A stretch of DNA of 64,000 nucleotides, from NCBI RefSeq assembly GCF_009914755.1, contig NC_060930.1. One strand, given 5' to 3'. Shown in pieces: positions 44,323-57,936 of the stretch. Source of the stretch: the human T2T-CHM13v2.0 reference genome, Homo sapiens. A program made the position numbers and the translations under genes. Every line of letters starts with the position of its first letter. Position 1 is the first letter of the stretch. The notes under the pieces were generated by a model. It saw only the letters and a program-made list of their open reading frames with translations, had not been told where the DNA came from and did no database searches.

Positions 44323-44652
44323 ATTTAATAAATGAATTTCATAAAGTATGAATCAATGACTATTACTGGGAAGCAAGAAAGGACTAAAGTCAACTTGAAG
44401 CAAAGGCAAAATAAATCAAGAGGCATCTTTAGAAAACTGAAACACCATAAAATATACAAAGAGCAGAGAATGTATAAGAGAAAATCATCAACAGGTTAAA
44501 GAAAGTTTAGGGTGATTAACCTTCAGCGGTATTATTGGAAGCGTTCTTTGCCCAGTATAGCCACGCTACTTGTGAACCCAGTCTTCCTTACAGAGTGTGC
44601 CTGTTCTTGGGGTTTTCATGTAAATCTGGACAGTGGGAAGCCACTGGCTTAC

Positions 44653-44829
44653 CTTCTCAGTTACTAGACCTTGCAGAATTTGCCAACTTTTATTCATTGC
44701 TCCAAGTTGCTCAGCAAAATCAGTCTTATCACTACGCTTACTTTCCACATCCTGACTGCTGATTTGTAGCACGGACTGGTTCACAAAATCCACTGTCAGC
44801 TGTTTACAGTTAATGTCTATCTTAAAACC
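44653..44829 (-). CDS. SYNE1: SYNE1 exon, 177 nt (GFKIDINC...GLVTEK)
   Basis: ttttag|GGT...AAG|gtaagc; ORF 44566..44793. Confidence 0.95.
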
Positions 44830-45046
44830 CTAAAAAAAAAGAGGAGAAAATAAGATTATACAATAAATGTCTCATTAGTTTTCCAGGAGTTGGAAAGCCT
44901 TAAGTAACCTTAATATTAATATTATCACTTCCATAACTCAGCTGAAATGGCACAATTTGTCTGTGTTCACACAACCCATTATTTTTAGAAGCCGAATATA
45001 TATTTGTATACGTTTATATGAACATAAACACAGATATACGTGTGTA

Positions 45047-45079
<33 letters not shown>

Positions 45080-45381
45080 TTAGGTAGAAGATTTAGAACT
45101 AGATAAATTATATAACCTCACTATAAAATATTTATAAATTTATTTTTATAATTTCTGTAATTCTTTAATAACACAAAATTATTCAAAATCATTCCTAGTA
45201 CTGGATATTTCTTCTTATTTCTATAACTGATAATGCATTTTTCTTGCTATTGAATTCCTATCTGGTCACTGTGTAGGAAACATACATTCCAAGACTTGAT
45301 TACCATAATTTGAGTTTTTTAGTTCTTTCAAATAAAATGGTCTGAAAATATGAAAAGTTAAAAACAAAAAATTTTAATTAC

Positions 45382-45531
45382 CTTATATTTCTGAAGGTAT
45401 TCATGAATTGCCTTGTAACCTATGGAATTTTTAATATTATCTTCATCCTTCTGAATAACATTTTCCATTAGAGAAATCCAACTCATGACTTCAGAAATGG
45501 CATGGCGGGAAGGCAGTTTATCCATCTGGAG
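45382..45531 (-). CDS. SYNE1: SYNE1 exon, 150 nt (LQMDKLPS...YLQKYK)
   Basis: ggacag|CTC...AAG|gtaatt; phase 0-0. Confidence 0.93.
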
Positions 45532-46593
45532 CTGTCCAAGTCAGGGAGAGAACCAGTCCCAAGTGTTAAAATGGAAACCCCAACTTCTGCTAACTTAAAA
45601 ACCCTACAATAATTCTTAAAAATGTACCAAGAGAGATAACACTCCTTAATGACATTTGGAGATCTTACCCTTTCTGAAAGCTTGAAGTTAAACATCAGGC
45701 AAATGTTGAGGAATAATAGTCATTTTATGTTCACTTGATATCCAATACTGTAAACACTGTATAAACATTAACTAATTAATCAAAGCACCAGAAAGAAGAG
45801 AATATTATTCTTATTTTATAACTAGTTTTATGAGTCTAAAAAAACTTAACCAGAAAACATTCAACAGATGTATTTTATTAATTATCTTGTAAAATCTCTG
45901 CATATTATGACTCAGGAATGTTAAAAGAAGAAAGAAAAATACCACACTACAAGCTATCATTTTCTAGAGTTTTTGGCACTCTAATCTTTATTCCTAAGAA
46001 CATAGCCAATTTCCTCAGCCCTTAGCTGATATACAGTACTTACAATTCGAAATCTTACTTAACATATCACACATTTATGCATATGTGTATTACGATGATT
46101 TGGAGGAACAAAAGCAATCATTTAAAATCTTTGTATATCAACTTCTGAGTGGTGCTGAAAGATATAGCAATGAACGTGGGTTGGTTCCTGCCCTCTGGGG
46201 GCGCACAGCTGTTGCTTAGGAGAGATTAGGCATGTACACAAAACACAGCTATCCTGCCTGAAACACAGTGATGAGTGTCAAAGAGAGATAAAGATAAAAT
46301 GTTCTGGGATTTCAGGGGAGGTGGGTGTATTTTCAGATAAGAGGATTATTTACATCTACTGAATGCCAGTTGCTCTCCTATACATAAGATATTTTTAACA
46401 TATATTACGTTCTAAATCTTCATAACCACTCACTTTATGAGAAAAGTGTATGTAACTGTCCACATTTTATCTGAGACAAAACAGAGTTTAAACAAAGCCA
46501 GACAAACATTCCAATACACATACCCACACCCACATACACACATTAAAGAAACCCTCAGAGGAAATGCCTTTGGGGCAGGGCTTTGTAGCGTAG

Positions 46594-46890
<297 letters not shown>

Positions 46891-47046
46891 AGAGTTCACT
46901 CTTAATATTAATACAACGGGAGAGAGAAGAGGCCAGGTGTCTGGGACAAAGCTGATATAAATTTGTGAGCAAAAGCAAATTAATGTATTTCTCCATGTCA
47001 AATAGCTTAAGTCAGCTATTTCCCACGAAAGCAATCCTTTCTGTAC

Positions 47047-47229
47047 CTGGTGGAGCTTCTCCTGGACGGCTGGGATATTGGTTAGCAGGTCAGTCCACTG
47101 GCTATCAATGCGCGACAGCTCAGAGCGCAGCGTGGCTGTGTCCACCTTTTTTAGTCGAAGGAGCTGATTTCCAGTACTCAGAACAGATGATTTCAGGGAA
47201 GATTGGGCATCCACTTCTTTAGAAAACTC
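47047..47229 (-). CDS. SYNE1: SYNE1 exon, 183 nt (EFSKEVDA...QEKLHQ)
   Basis: tttcag|GAG...CAG|gtacag; ORF 46786..47238. Confidence 0.95.
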
Positions 47230-47538
47230 CTGAAACAAGTAGCGATGTTCAAATTAGGGTTAAATAGCTAGACCATTCATTAAAAGGAAAGCGACCAATT
47301 TAGTGCATGAAACAATTTCCTTTACATCCTGGAGGGGGTTATGCTGAACACTCAAAAGAAAATGAAAGCAGTACACCCTTGCCCTCGAATGAAAGGAAAC
47401 TACGAAGCCCCGACTTGAGAACTACTTGTAAGAGGCAGTGTTGAGTCACTGAGCCCTATTACTTTGCATAATTATGGAACACACATAGTCAACATTAATA
47501 TATTCTCTATAGCTTAGTTTATTAAGTATATCCACTGA

Positions 47539-47855
<317 letters not shown>

Positions 47856-47932
47856 TGACTTCTTTTCTACTGGTGTATGGGTCAGGCCTAACTTATAGGC
47901 CTGAATCAAATGCTTTAGATTCTTAGACTTAC

Positions 47933-48065
47933 CAGGAAAGCATTTAGATGATCACGGACCATTTCCAGCTCTTGTGGGACTGTCACAGATTGCTGAGTCC
48001 AAAATTCTAGCCGGTCTTTTGCAGATTGTAACCAGTGAATTAGATCTGCAGATTCACTTTGATAT
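47933..48065 (-). CDS. SYNE1: SYNE1 exon, 133 nt (R-YQSESAD...HLNAFL)
   Basis: taacag|A TAT...CTG|gtaagt; phase 2-0; ORF 47915..48106. Confidence 0.95.
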
Positions 48066-48532
48066 CTGTTAAGTATATTATGGAGTCCATTAAGTAAACA
48101 TTTCATCCCTATCTTCTACTCACCTACGTTACTCACCAATGCCAACAGTTTTAAAACGAGAGGTCTGAAGATTTAGAAGAAAAATGCATGAGGTTGGCAC
48201 TCTGAAATTTTCTTCATATTGATACCTTTATCAAGCCTGTCTCTCTGGGTTTCCGCTGGCCTGTCTTTAAGCTGGGTATAAAAATACCTTTCCCCTACTC
48301 TTTCACATTGATGCTACTTAGAAAATATTAGATGATGGTTACAAAAAGTCCTTTGAAATAAAGGCGGCTTAGACACAGACTATGTCATTATGTAAAAATC
48401 AACCCTCCACCCTGCTGAATGCTTCCCATTGCCCTTGAGAAGCTTCTGCTTCTCAATCCATGTTTTCTCTTTCTCTCCCTCTCAGGCTTTACTGTGATAT
48501 CTCAGACACAGTGATTAGGCAAGGGAGGGTGA

Positions 48533-48925
<393 letters not shown>

Positions 48926-49004
48926 TCTGCTTATCTTTATTTTCCAAACTATACAATACGTTTCTAGAGGAGCCATGTCACTTTCAAGTGAATATCTACT
49001 TGCC

Positions 49005-49305
49005 TTATTTATTTATTTATTTTTGAGACACAGTCTCACTCTATTGCCCAGGCTGGAGTACAGTAGCATGATCATGGCTCACTGCAGCCTCAACCTCCCA
49101 GGCTGAAGCAATCCTCCCACTTCAGCCTCTCCAATAGCAGGGACCACAGGCATGTGCCACCATACCTAGTCCTTTTGTAATTTTTTTGTAGAGATTGGGG
49201 TCTTACTATGTTGCCCAGGCTGGTCTTGAACTCCTGGCCTCAAGCAGTCCTCCCGTATTGGCCACCCAAGTAATGAGATTATAGGTTTGAGCCATCATCC
49301 CCCAC
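49005..49305 (-). mobile_element. AluJ-like
   Basis: Diverged Alu, (TTTA)n tail. Confidence 0.9.
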
Positions 49306-49371
49306 CCGCACTAGCCTTATTAATACAATGCAGCACTTATCTAAAAATATACAAAACAGTCATTGTATTAC

Positions 49372-49568
49372 CTGGTCCAGTGTTTCAATATTGTTTCCAG
49401 TCTGTGAAGTTCCTTAGACATTTTATTGGTGTTACTTAGCCAGCACTCTCCAAGTTGATTTAGTTGGCTTTCTAGATCTGAGCAGCTGATGGATATCAGA
49501 AGTCGTTTCCCATCATCTAATACTTGATATAATTTGGGCTGGTATTCATTAAGGCTAGATTTTAAATG
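49372..49568 (-). CDS. SYNE1: SYNE1 exon, 197 nt (HLKSSLNE...LKHWT-R)
   Basis: ttttag|CAT...AG|gtaata; phase 0-2. Confidence 0.93.
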
Positions 49569-50081
49569 CTAAAATATTGAAATTATTGAGTTAAAAGTTT
49601 GGATATGCAATTTTTGTCTTTAAGAATTATAATTTCTCTGGTACCTACAATGTTCCCATTACCTGTTATTCAAACTTAAACTATACTCACTCAAGTAACA
49701 TTGAAAACTTTAAGATGTTTCATCTATATTTAAGTATAGACAGTCTCCTTTTGTTGTTTATTATTTTTTTTTTGGTAATGACTTTAGGTGGATTTAAAAC
49801 TGTCAAATTATTATTTCAAGAATTGTGTGGCATCAGCATAAACTACAGAAAATGCTTGGTGGAGGCTGAATTTTCAAAAAGAGCTCTCAGTAAAAAAAAG
49901 AAAAAAGAAAGACTTTTAATAATGTCCAACTATAAATAACAGAAACATTATCTCCTTTCAATGTCAATAACTTGAAAGAAAAGTAAAAGTACTAATAAAA
50001 TAATTGATCACAAGTTTGTTTACATTCTGTTAAAACTATTGGTAAGTTTCTAAAGGCAATGTGGCGGCTTGTAACACCAAC

Positions 50082-50213
50082 CTGGTAGAGTGTTATGCGG
50101 TCAATAAGCCTGTCCTCGTTCTCCTCCACCAGACCCACGCTTGGGATGCTGCTTTCCACCACCTCCAGCTGTCTGCTGAGCTCCTGCTGGTCCTCATCCA
50201 GATGGGACCACGT
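50082..50213 (-). CDS. SYNE1: SYNE1 exon, 132 nt (TWSHLDED...RITLYQ)
   Basis: ttctag|ACG...CAG|gttggt; phase 0-0. Confidence 0.93.
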
Positions 50214-50571
50214 CTAGAAACACAACATGAGTCTGTGAGCTAAAAAAACCCTCATTAGCGAAAGACATTCTTCCTTGGGTGCAAAATACGTGCCTGACAG
50301 TCTCTCCTTAAAGTTATATCAGAGATGTTTGCGTTGGGCCTTGCTTTGGGAAGCAAAAGATGGCTTTAAAGCAAGTAATCAAATGGTGACCCTTGAAAGC
50401 ATTGTGAATGGGCTCTGGAATCTGCCACTAAGCCCCTTTACAACTGTGAGTAAGCTACTAAACTCTGTACCTCTTTTCCATACGTTACAATGGGGATAAT
50501 AATAGCTATCTTCTCCATCATGAGGATTAAATGGAATAATGTATGCAGTGTACCTTCTATTGGGTATGCAC

Positions 50572-50876
<305 letters not shown>

Positions 50877-52162
50877 CAGGTATGTATGGTTTTATTCTTT
50901 ACCACAGTAAGGATTTAAGTCAAAAGGATGGGGATGTTTGCCTTTCATGTAACGAGTAAACAAATCAATTACATTTGCATATGAAACATATCTATAAATA
51001 TGAATATATAGTTTATATATTCTGTTAAAGAAAAATACCACATCACTTATTCCTAAGTTCAGACTTTTATTTTATTTAAAACTGGAAAACACTTTTTAAA
51101 AGATCAGTTGAAGTCTTTTCCAGTAATTTACGCTGTGGGTCAGCAGTTTCTCAGTGTGAGTATGCTCACTTCACTGTGCAGTTGGAGTGGCAACAGGGCA
51201 CAGTAGTAGAAACCCATGCTTTTTAAATACACTTACCAAATATCTATTGCCTGGTATTTTCAATGCCTAGGGATCTGGGAGTAAATAAAACAGACACAAA
51301 CCCAGGCCTTCTAGTGAGGAGAGACAGGCAATCAATAATAAACAATAAACCAAAAACAAACAATAAGTTGTATGGTATAATAGAGTTCTTGTGCTGTGGA
51401 AGAATAAAACAGAACTGGGTAGGGGTGGGAGGGAGTGCCCAGGTGTGTGCCTGGTGGGGCTACAATTTAAATGGTGTCATCAGGTAAGTTTCATGGAGAA
51501 ACACACATTTCAGGTAGTGAAGTCAGACAGATGAAGGTGTGATCTCTGACTTTGCCACCAATTAACCACGTGTCTTGGCAAACAGTTGCTCCCAGACTCA
51601 TTGCTGAAACAGGGATTCAAAATTCTATCTCAAAGGGTTATGATAAAGATGAGATGGATTCATGTAAATGTAAGAAGTCTTGCCAGGGACCTGACATGTC
51701 AATAAAGTGTAACTATTATTACAGAGATTTCGAACGTTAAAGGTAGATGTCTCTCCAAAATATAGGGAATTCCACATCAGGGAATTCCACATCTGGGATT
51801 TGGGGGTTAGCTACCTATGAAAATGTTGGCCCAGGGAAAATCCCATTTAGAAAAAATGCAAATACGACCTGCAGGCAACCCAGTTAAGATCAGTAATATT
51901 GTGGGAGTGGGTGGGGAAGTCCACAAAGGAGAGAGAGATTATAATCTCTAAAACTTCCAAGGGAAAGAGGAAGAATGAGAAAGCAGGAACAGTTTAGGGC
52001 AACTGGTACAGTTACTGAAGAAAGAAAGGGGACTGTTCCATCAATAATGTCCTACATTTCCACGGGGTTCTATAGCTTGCCAGTAGCCACCACTGAGCAC
52101 TACTCTGTTCCAAGAGCAACCGCATTTGGGACAGAAAAAAATATTTCTACATTTTACTTTCA

Positions 52163-52518
<356 letters not shown>

Positions 52519-52794
52519 TGAATATCAAAACCCCAAATATCTTCATGCATAGTCTGAAGTCAGTGTGTATCTATCTTACTTTCGACATGGCACAGCAGAT
52601 AGCCAAATGTACACAGAAAACACAGGGGGAATAAGCAACACAGAACCATAGGAAAAGTGCAGTCCTGAGCCCGAGAGCGCAGCTAGTTCTGAGGTTATGT
52701 GAGGCAAACTGCATGGATAGATACATCTTGCATTAAAGGTCTATTTTGCAGCAGGAAGTTTGCAGCACAGAAGATATGACATCAATGGTCTCAC

Positions 52795-52968
52795 CTCTAG
52801 AATGTACTCCAGCTCCACACCCCTCTTGTGAGCCCGTTTCAGTACAGCAGAAGCCTGAGCCATCAGCTCTGTATGGAACTGGGTTTCCTTTTGGACTGCA
52901 AAGCTGATTATCTTTCTGAAGAGTGTTTCAGTCAAGATCATATGAGATTCCAGGCCCTGAAAGTATTC
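52795..52968 (-). CDS. SYNE1: SYNE1 exon, 174 nt (EYFQGLES...LEYILE)
   Basis: ttgcag|GAA...GAG|gtgaga; ORF 52741..52974. Confidence 0.95.
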
Positions 52969-53038
52969 CTGCAATTTTTCAGGAAGAAAGAAGTCAGCAA
53001 CTCATTCATATATTATGTTAGAATCAAAATTGGTTTAG

Positions 53039-53590
<552 letters not shown>

Positions 53591-53879
53591 ATTGCTTTCC
53601 TTCCTCCATGGCTGGGCTTGGGCTCTACTTTCTGAACTTCTAGGATATTTGCGTGCTCATTCCATGTTGTCAAGCACAGCTTTATATGCACTGATTGATA
53701 TTATAAATTTGCTTTCCTTGTATTATACCTACACATAACATAACTGTAGGCCTTGCGCCATCCTACTAATGTTTTTGAAATGTTACCGTTTGTGTATAAT
53801 AGACCCTGGAGAATGGAGATTGAGCTTATCTCATTTCCTGTTCCCAGTACCATGATAAAATGGAAGAACTGGCAACTGA

Positions 53880-54110
53880 TAATGACAGTTAACATTAATT
53901 ATGTGCTTACTGTTTGCTAGGCACTCCATAAATACTTTATCTGACTCATCTCATCCTCCTAACAACTCTATAACTCTATGAGATAGGCAGTTTTGTTTCC
54001 AGTTTTACAGATGAGAACACTGAGTCCCCCCAGTCTATGTAGCTTGCCCAAGGTCACATAGCTAGTCACGGCAGAGCTTGGGGTTCAAACCCAAGGGCAG
54101 TGTGGCTTTA
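53880..54110 (-). mobile_element. MIR
   Basis: ttttacagatgagaacactgag...cttgcccaaggtcacatagctagt. Confidence 0.82.
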
Positions 54111-54765
54111 TCTGTGCTTCTCACCAGCACTGCAGAACTCTCCCTCAGAAAATGGGCTGGTGAGTAGAAGCTAGAATCATTATTTTTAACCAACAATTAC
54201 CAAATCAGAGTCCTAAAGTTGGAGGAGACTTTGAAGTTCATCTAGCCCAACATGCAATGAAAGCTGAGATTCCTTTTACAAGCCCATCTCCCCTAAAAGC
54301 CTTGGCTGGACTTCTCATGGCCAGAAGGGCTGTCTGCTCAATGGCAGCTTACTCCTTTTATAGTTCTTTTTCTATTGAGGTTTATTTCCCTGTTATTTAT
54401 ACTCATTGATCCTAGTTTCCCCTCTGGAATAACTCAGAATGATCTTTTATTGCTATGGTCAACAACGTGAGAAACACCAGCTGTGGACTTTAAAGCAATG
54501 TTTTCAAAGCCAAATGATAAGGTTTTAATAAATCATGAAGCTTTGGACAAAAACGTCTGGGAAAAAATAGGAACGACAATTTGAAAAAGACAAAAAAAAC
54601 CCACCTTTACAAGCCACCAGAGAGCTACACAATGGTAGAAGATTTTAAACTTCTATAACCCAATGGGATTTTTTTAGTTTCCCTACAGGAAATTCCCATA
54701 GTCTAGAAGGCTGGGTTTCTGGACTGGCAAAATTGCTTTCGTAATCATTGCCAATAATGCAAGAG

Positions 54766-54766
<1 letters not shown>

Positions 54767-54806
<40 letters not shown>
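54767..54806. repeat. (TG)~20 microsatellite
   Basis: Direct reading. Confidence 0.95.
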
Positions 54807-54808
<2 letters not shown>

Positions 54809-55008
54809 TGAAATACGCATTCTTCTACCATGGAGTAGTGTCCAACCTGAGCTTGGCTGTGGCACACAATGATGGAGTGATTTCGGGCCTCCCAAGTTTG
54901 ATTACATAGTAAACGGCCTTGCTGTTCCCAGGGAGAAAGTCTGAAGTCTACAGCAACTAGAGGAGCATATGTGTAAGGGTCAGAGGATCTAAACAATGCA
55001 TGTAAAAG

Positions 55009-55215
55009 ACACCAACCCAACCCTGGATCTGAGTAGTCAGCTCTGCATTTCTAGAGGAGAGCAAGGAGTGAGCGAGGAGTCCTTGACGAGGACAAGGGAG
55101 GGCAAAGAGGGTAACTGGGACCAGGTGGACAAATGGGCAAAAAGGAAACACAGGGAAAAGTGGAGTTAAGAATGAAGATGGGCTCCTTTGAAGAGAGGCT
55201 CTGAGTTTTCCTTTG
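55009..55215 (+). repeat. Copy 2 of 207-bp local direct repeat
   Basis: 185/207 identical, ungapped, to 53311-53517. Confidence 0.95.
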
Positions 55216-55519
55216 ATTTTAGCTCATCTAGGGAGAAAGCCTGGCTAATACTAGTGAGGAACTGATAGGTAAAATTACAGGTAAGTTGGTTTTCTTTTTT
55301 AATTTACAACATTATAGAAACATATCCCCTATAATTTCTCTGTGCTACTGAAAGCCAGTGGGTTTGAATATAAATTTTTTGGCCATTTTTAAAGAATAAC
55401 TTATACAAGTAAGAACTCATAAAAGACTGAGAATATTAGGTTTTACTAAATATATATCAGGGTTTGAGAGCATGCTTTCCAATTACATTTTCTCTCTATC
55501 ACTCTTTTTTGTTATGTAC

Positions 55520-55720
55520 CTTATGTTTGTCAAGTAGTTGCTGGATTTCCTCTTTGGAAGACACGATGATTTTCTGGTCTCCTGCCATCTTCTCCTGACC
55601 AGTTTCTAGCAGGTCAGCCAGATCTTGTAGGGCCCTCTCATACTGACTCTTGAGTGTAAGGTTCTGATTCAGACCACTCCTCCGGGAGCCAATGATCATC
55701 ATCAGCTCATCATACATGTC
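55520..55720 (-). CDS. SYNE1: SYNE1 exon, 201 nt (DMYDELMM...LLDKHK)
   Basis: tcttag|GAC...AAG|gtacat; overlaps ORF 55499..55717. Confidence 0.95.
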
Positions 55721-57816
55721 CTAAGAAGCAGAGACCACAAGACTCACTCTCAATTCATATTCTGGCAACCCTCTAAAAGCATATGAACTATGAACGCACC
55801 AAGCCCGAGACCCAACCAAGAAAATGCCTTCAGGGATGTGCCTCCTGGAAACGCTCTACCTGTAGGCCATCTGCTTGTCTTTCTATGAGCCTTACTTTGA
55901 AAACATGTTTCACAAAGAAATGACCTTTGGACCTCTATTCTCATGCCTATGATATTCGTTGTGACTTTACTGTGTCTTGATACCTGGTGGTTCAAGTTCT
56001 TTCATTAATCTTATTTGGTATTCTTATCTTGCTGTTTTAAATTTTATTTTATTTCTAACGGACAATAAAGCACAACGGAGAAACTGAAAAAAAACTGAAT
56101 TCATAAAAATGTAAGTATGAAGTCACTGAAAGGATAAAATAAATATTCAATAAATAATGTGGAAACAACTCAACTCTTTGAAGAAAAATAAAGTCTTATC
56201 TCATGCCACATATCAAAATGCAATTTAGATTGATTACAAAATAAAAATTTAATAAGTTAAAATATGAAAGGAAATAAAGATATGTCTATAAAAAATAAGG
56301 TTAATATTTTAAGATTTTAAAGGACATGTAAAAGTGTTTCCTAGAAATGATACATGAGGTAGATTTGACAACTGTTTTCTCAGGATATCAATAGTTTATG
56401 ATAAGATGTGGGGTAAAACTGTTGAAAAACTGTCCATGTGGCTGAGGGACATGTCATAGAAAATGTAATTCCCATTTTTATAGTATTCTCAACATTCATA
56501 TAATTTCAGAGCAATTGAATATAATATCCTTAACATTTTCCTGCTAAATAACAATCATATTTGGGACTACCCCTCAAACAAAGAGCTAGAGAAATAGGGG
56601 AGTTTAATGTGAGCAGAAAGAGTTTCAAACTTAAGAAGGCAATATTTTTGCCAAATGTGGTGGAGTATATAACTATTTAAACTGGAAAGACATTTTAGGA
56701 GATGATGACACACCAAACACAAAATTTATTTGAGGCATACGGACCTGATTAACATATCACATTAAGGTTTAGCAGGCCAAAATGGTTCAATCTGGAAGAG
56801 TTCAATTTTAATGCCTATTTACGGCAATGACATTTGACTCTTACACCTGATGCTTAAGTGCTGTCGGAAAACTGTCTAAAAAAGTACAAAGTGGGGGAGG
56901 TGGGCTTATGATATTATGAAATGTTAGATAAAGGACAGATACAGTTAAAATAAAAATGTTCTTTTGTTTATAAGGTCTATTTTATTTTCTCAAAGAAAGA
57001 ACTCACAACCCTGTACTGGACTGAGGTTACCAGTTCTCAATAGTTCTGCACACAGAGAAAATCTAACATGTGTGTCTGTGTGACTGTACACAGTTGTACA
57101 CAATTTTTTCTTGATCGAACATAACTGCTTGCCTAGTTGATGCTAAATTTTGTTGGTCTAATATCCAAGGATCTTCTTCCTACCCCAATATCAGATTCTT
57201 GCCTAAATGTCAGATCTAGCAAAGGAAATTAACCCAAAGCATTATTCTCTGTTCCTGAAGGATGATAGGAAGTCTGTTTAGATTTCAACTACCTTCTAGT
57301 TTAATTTTTGTTGTTGTTGTTCTAGAATTGAAACAATGTCTCTATTCCATTCAAACATATATGGAGGATAAACTATAGTGCTTGCCTTAGAAAAAAACAC
57401 TTTCTACAAAGTATTACTTTGATTATTTGCTTTTTAAAATAGTATTTGAAGACATAGTGCAATACGAGGGTAGATATCCCTTTTTTAAATTTTTCTAGGT
57501 AGGATTAAAAGTTATTCTATTTTCTACAGTAGAAAATAATATGCTACAACTAAACTATACTGTAATGCTTAACCATGAGAATAATAATAAAGTAACTGTC
57601 AGAAAAACATATGAATCTTAGCAGCATGAAAACAACTCATTTCCTTGTACTAAACATGTTAAGCTTCAGAAAATTTTCTAAGAGTTGCTTGGTAGAAAGG
57701 TTAGGACCTAAGTGGCGTGAATTTTATAAAGAAAGCCAAGAAAAATAAAGTGATTTTTTCTAGACTTCAAGTTTGATGTACCCCTGCAGCTGAATACTAC
57801 TGGCTGAAGGCTGCAC

Positions 57817-57936
57817 CTGGAGCTTGGAGAGTTCTTGCATGGACGGCTGCTCGACCTGTAGCTTGTCACCACGCCTCTTTAATTCAATGATTCCTGCATC
57901 AAATTCTTTGAGTCCATCTTCAGCCTGTTGTATTGC
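57817..57936 (-). CDS. SYNE1: SYNE1 exon, 120 nt (AIQQAEDGLK...ELSKLQ)
   Basis: acttag|GCA...CAG|gtgcag; phase 0-0. Confidence 0.93.
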
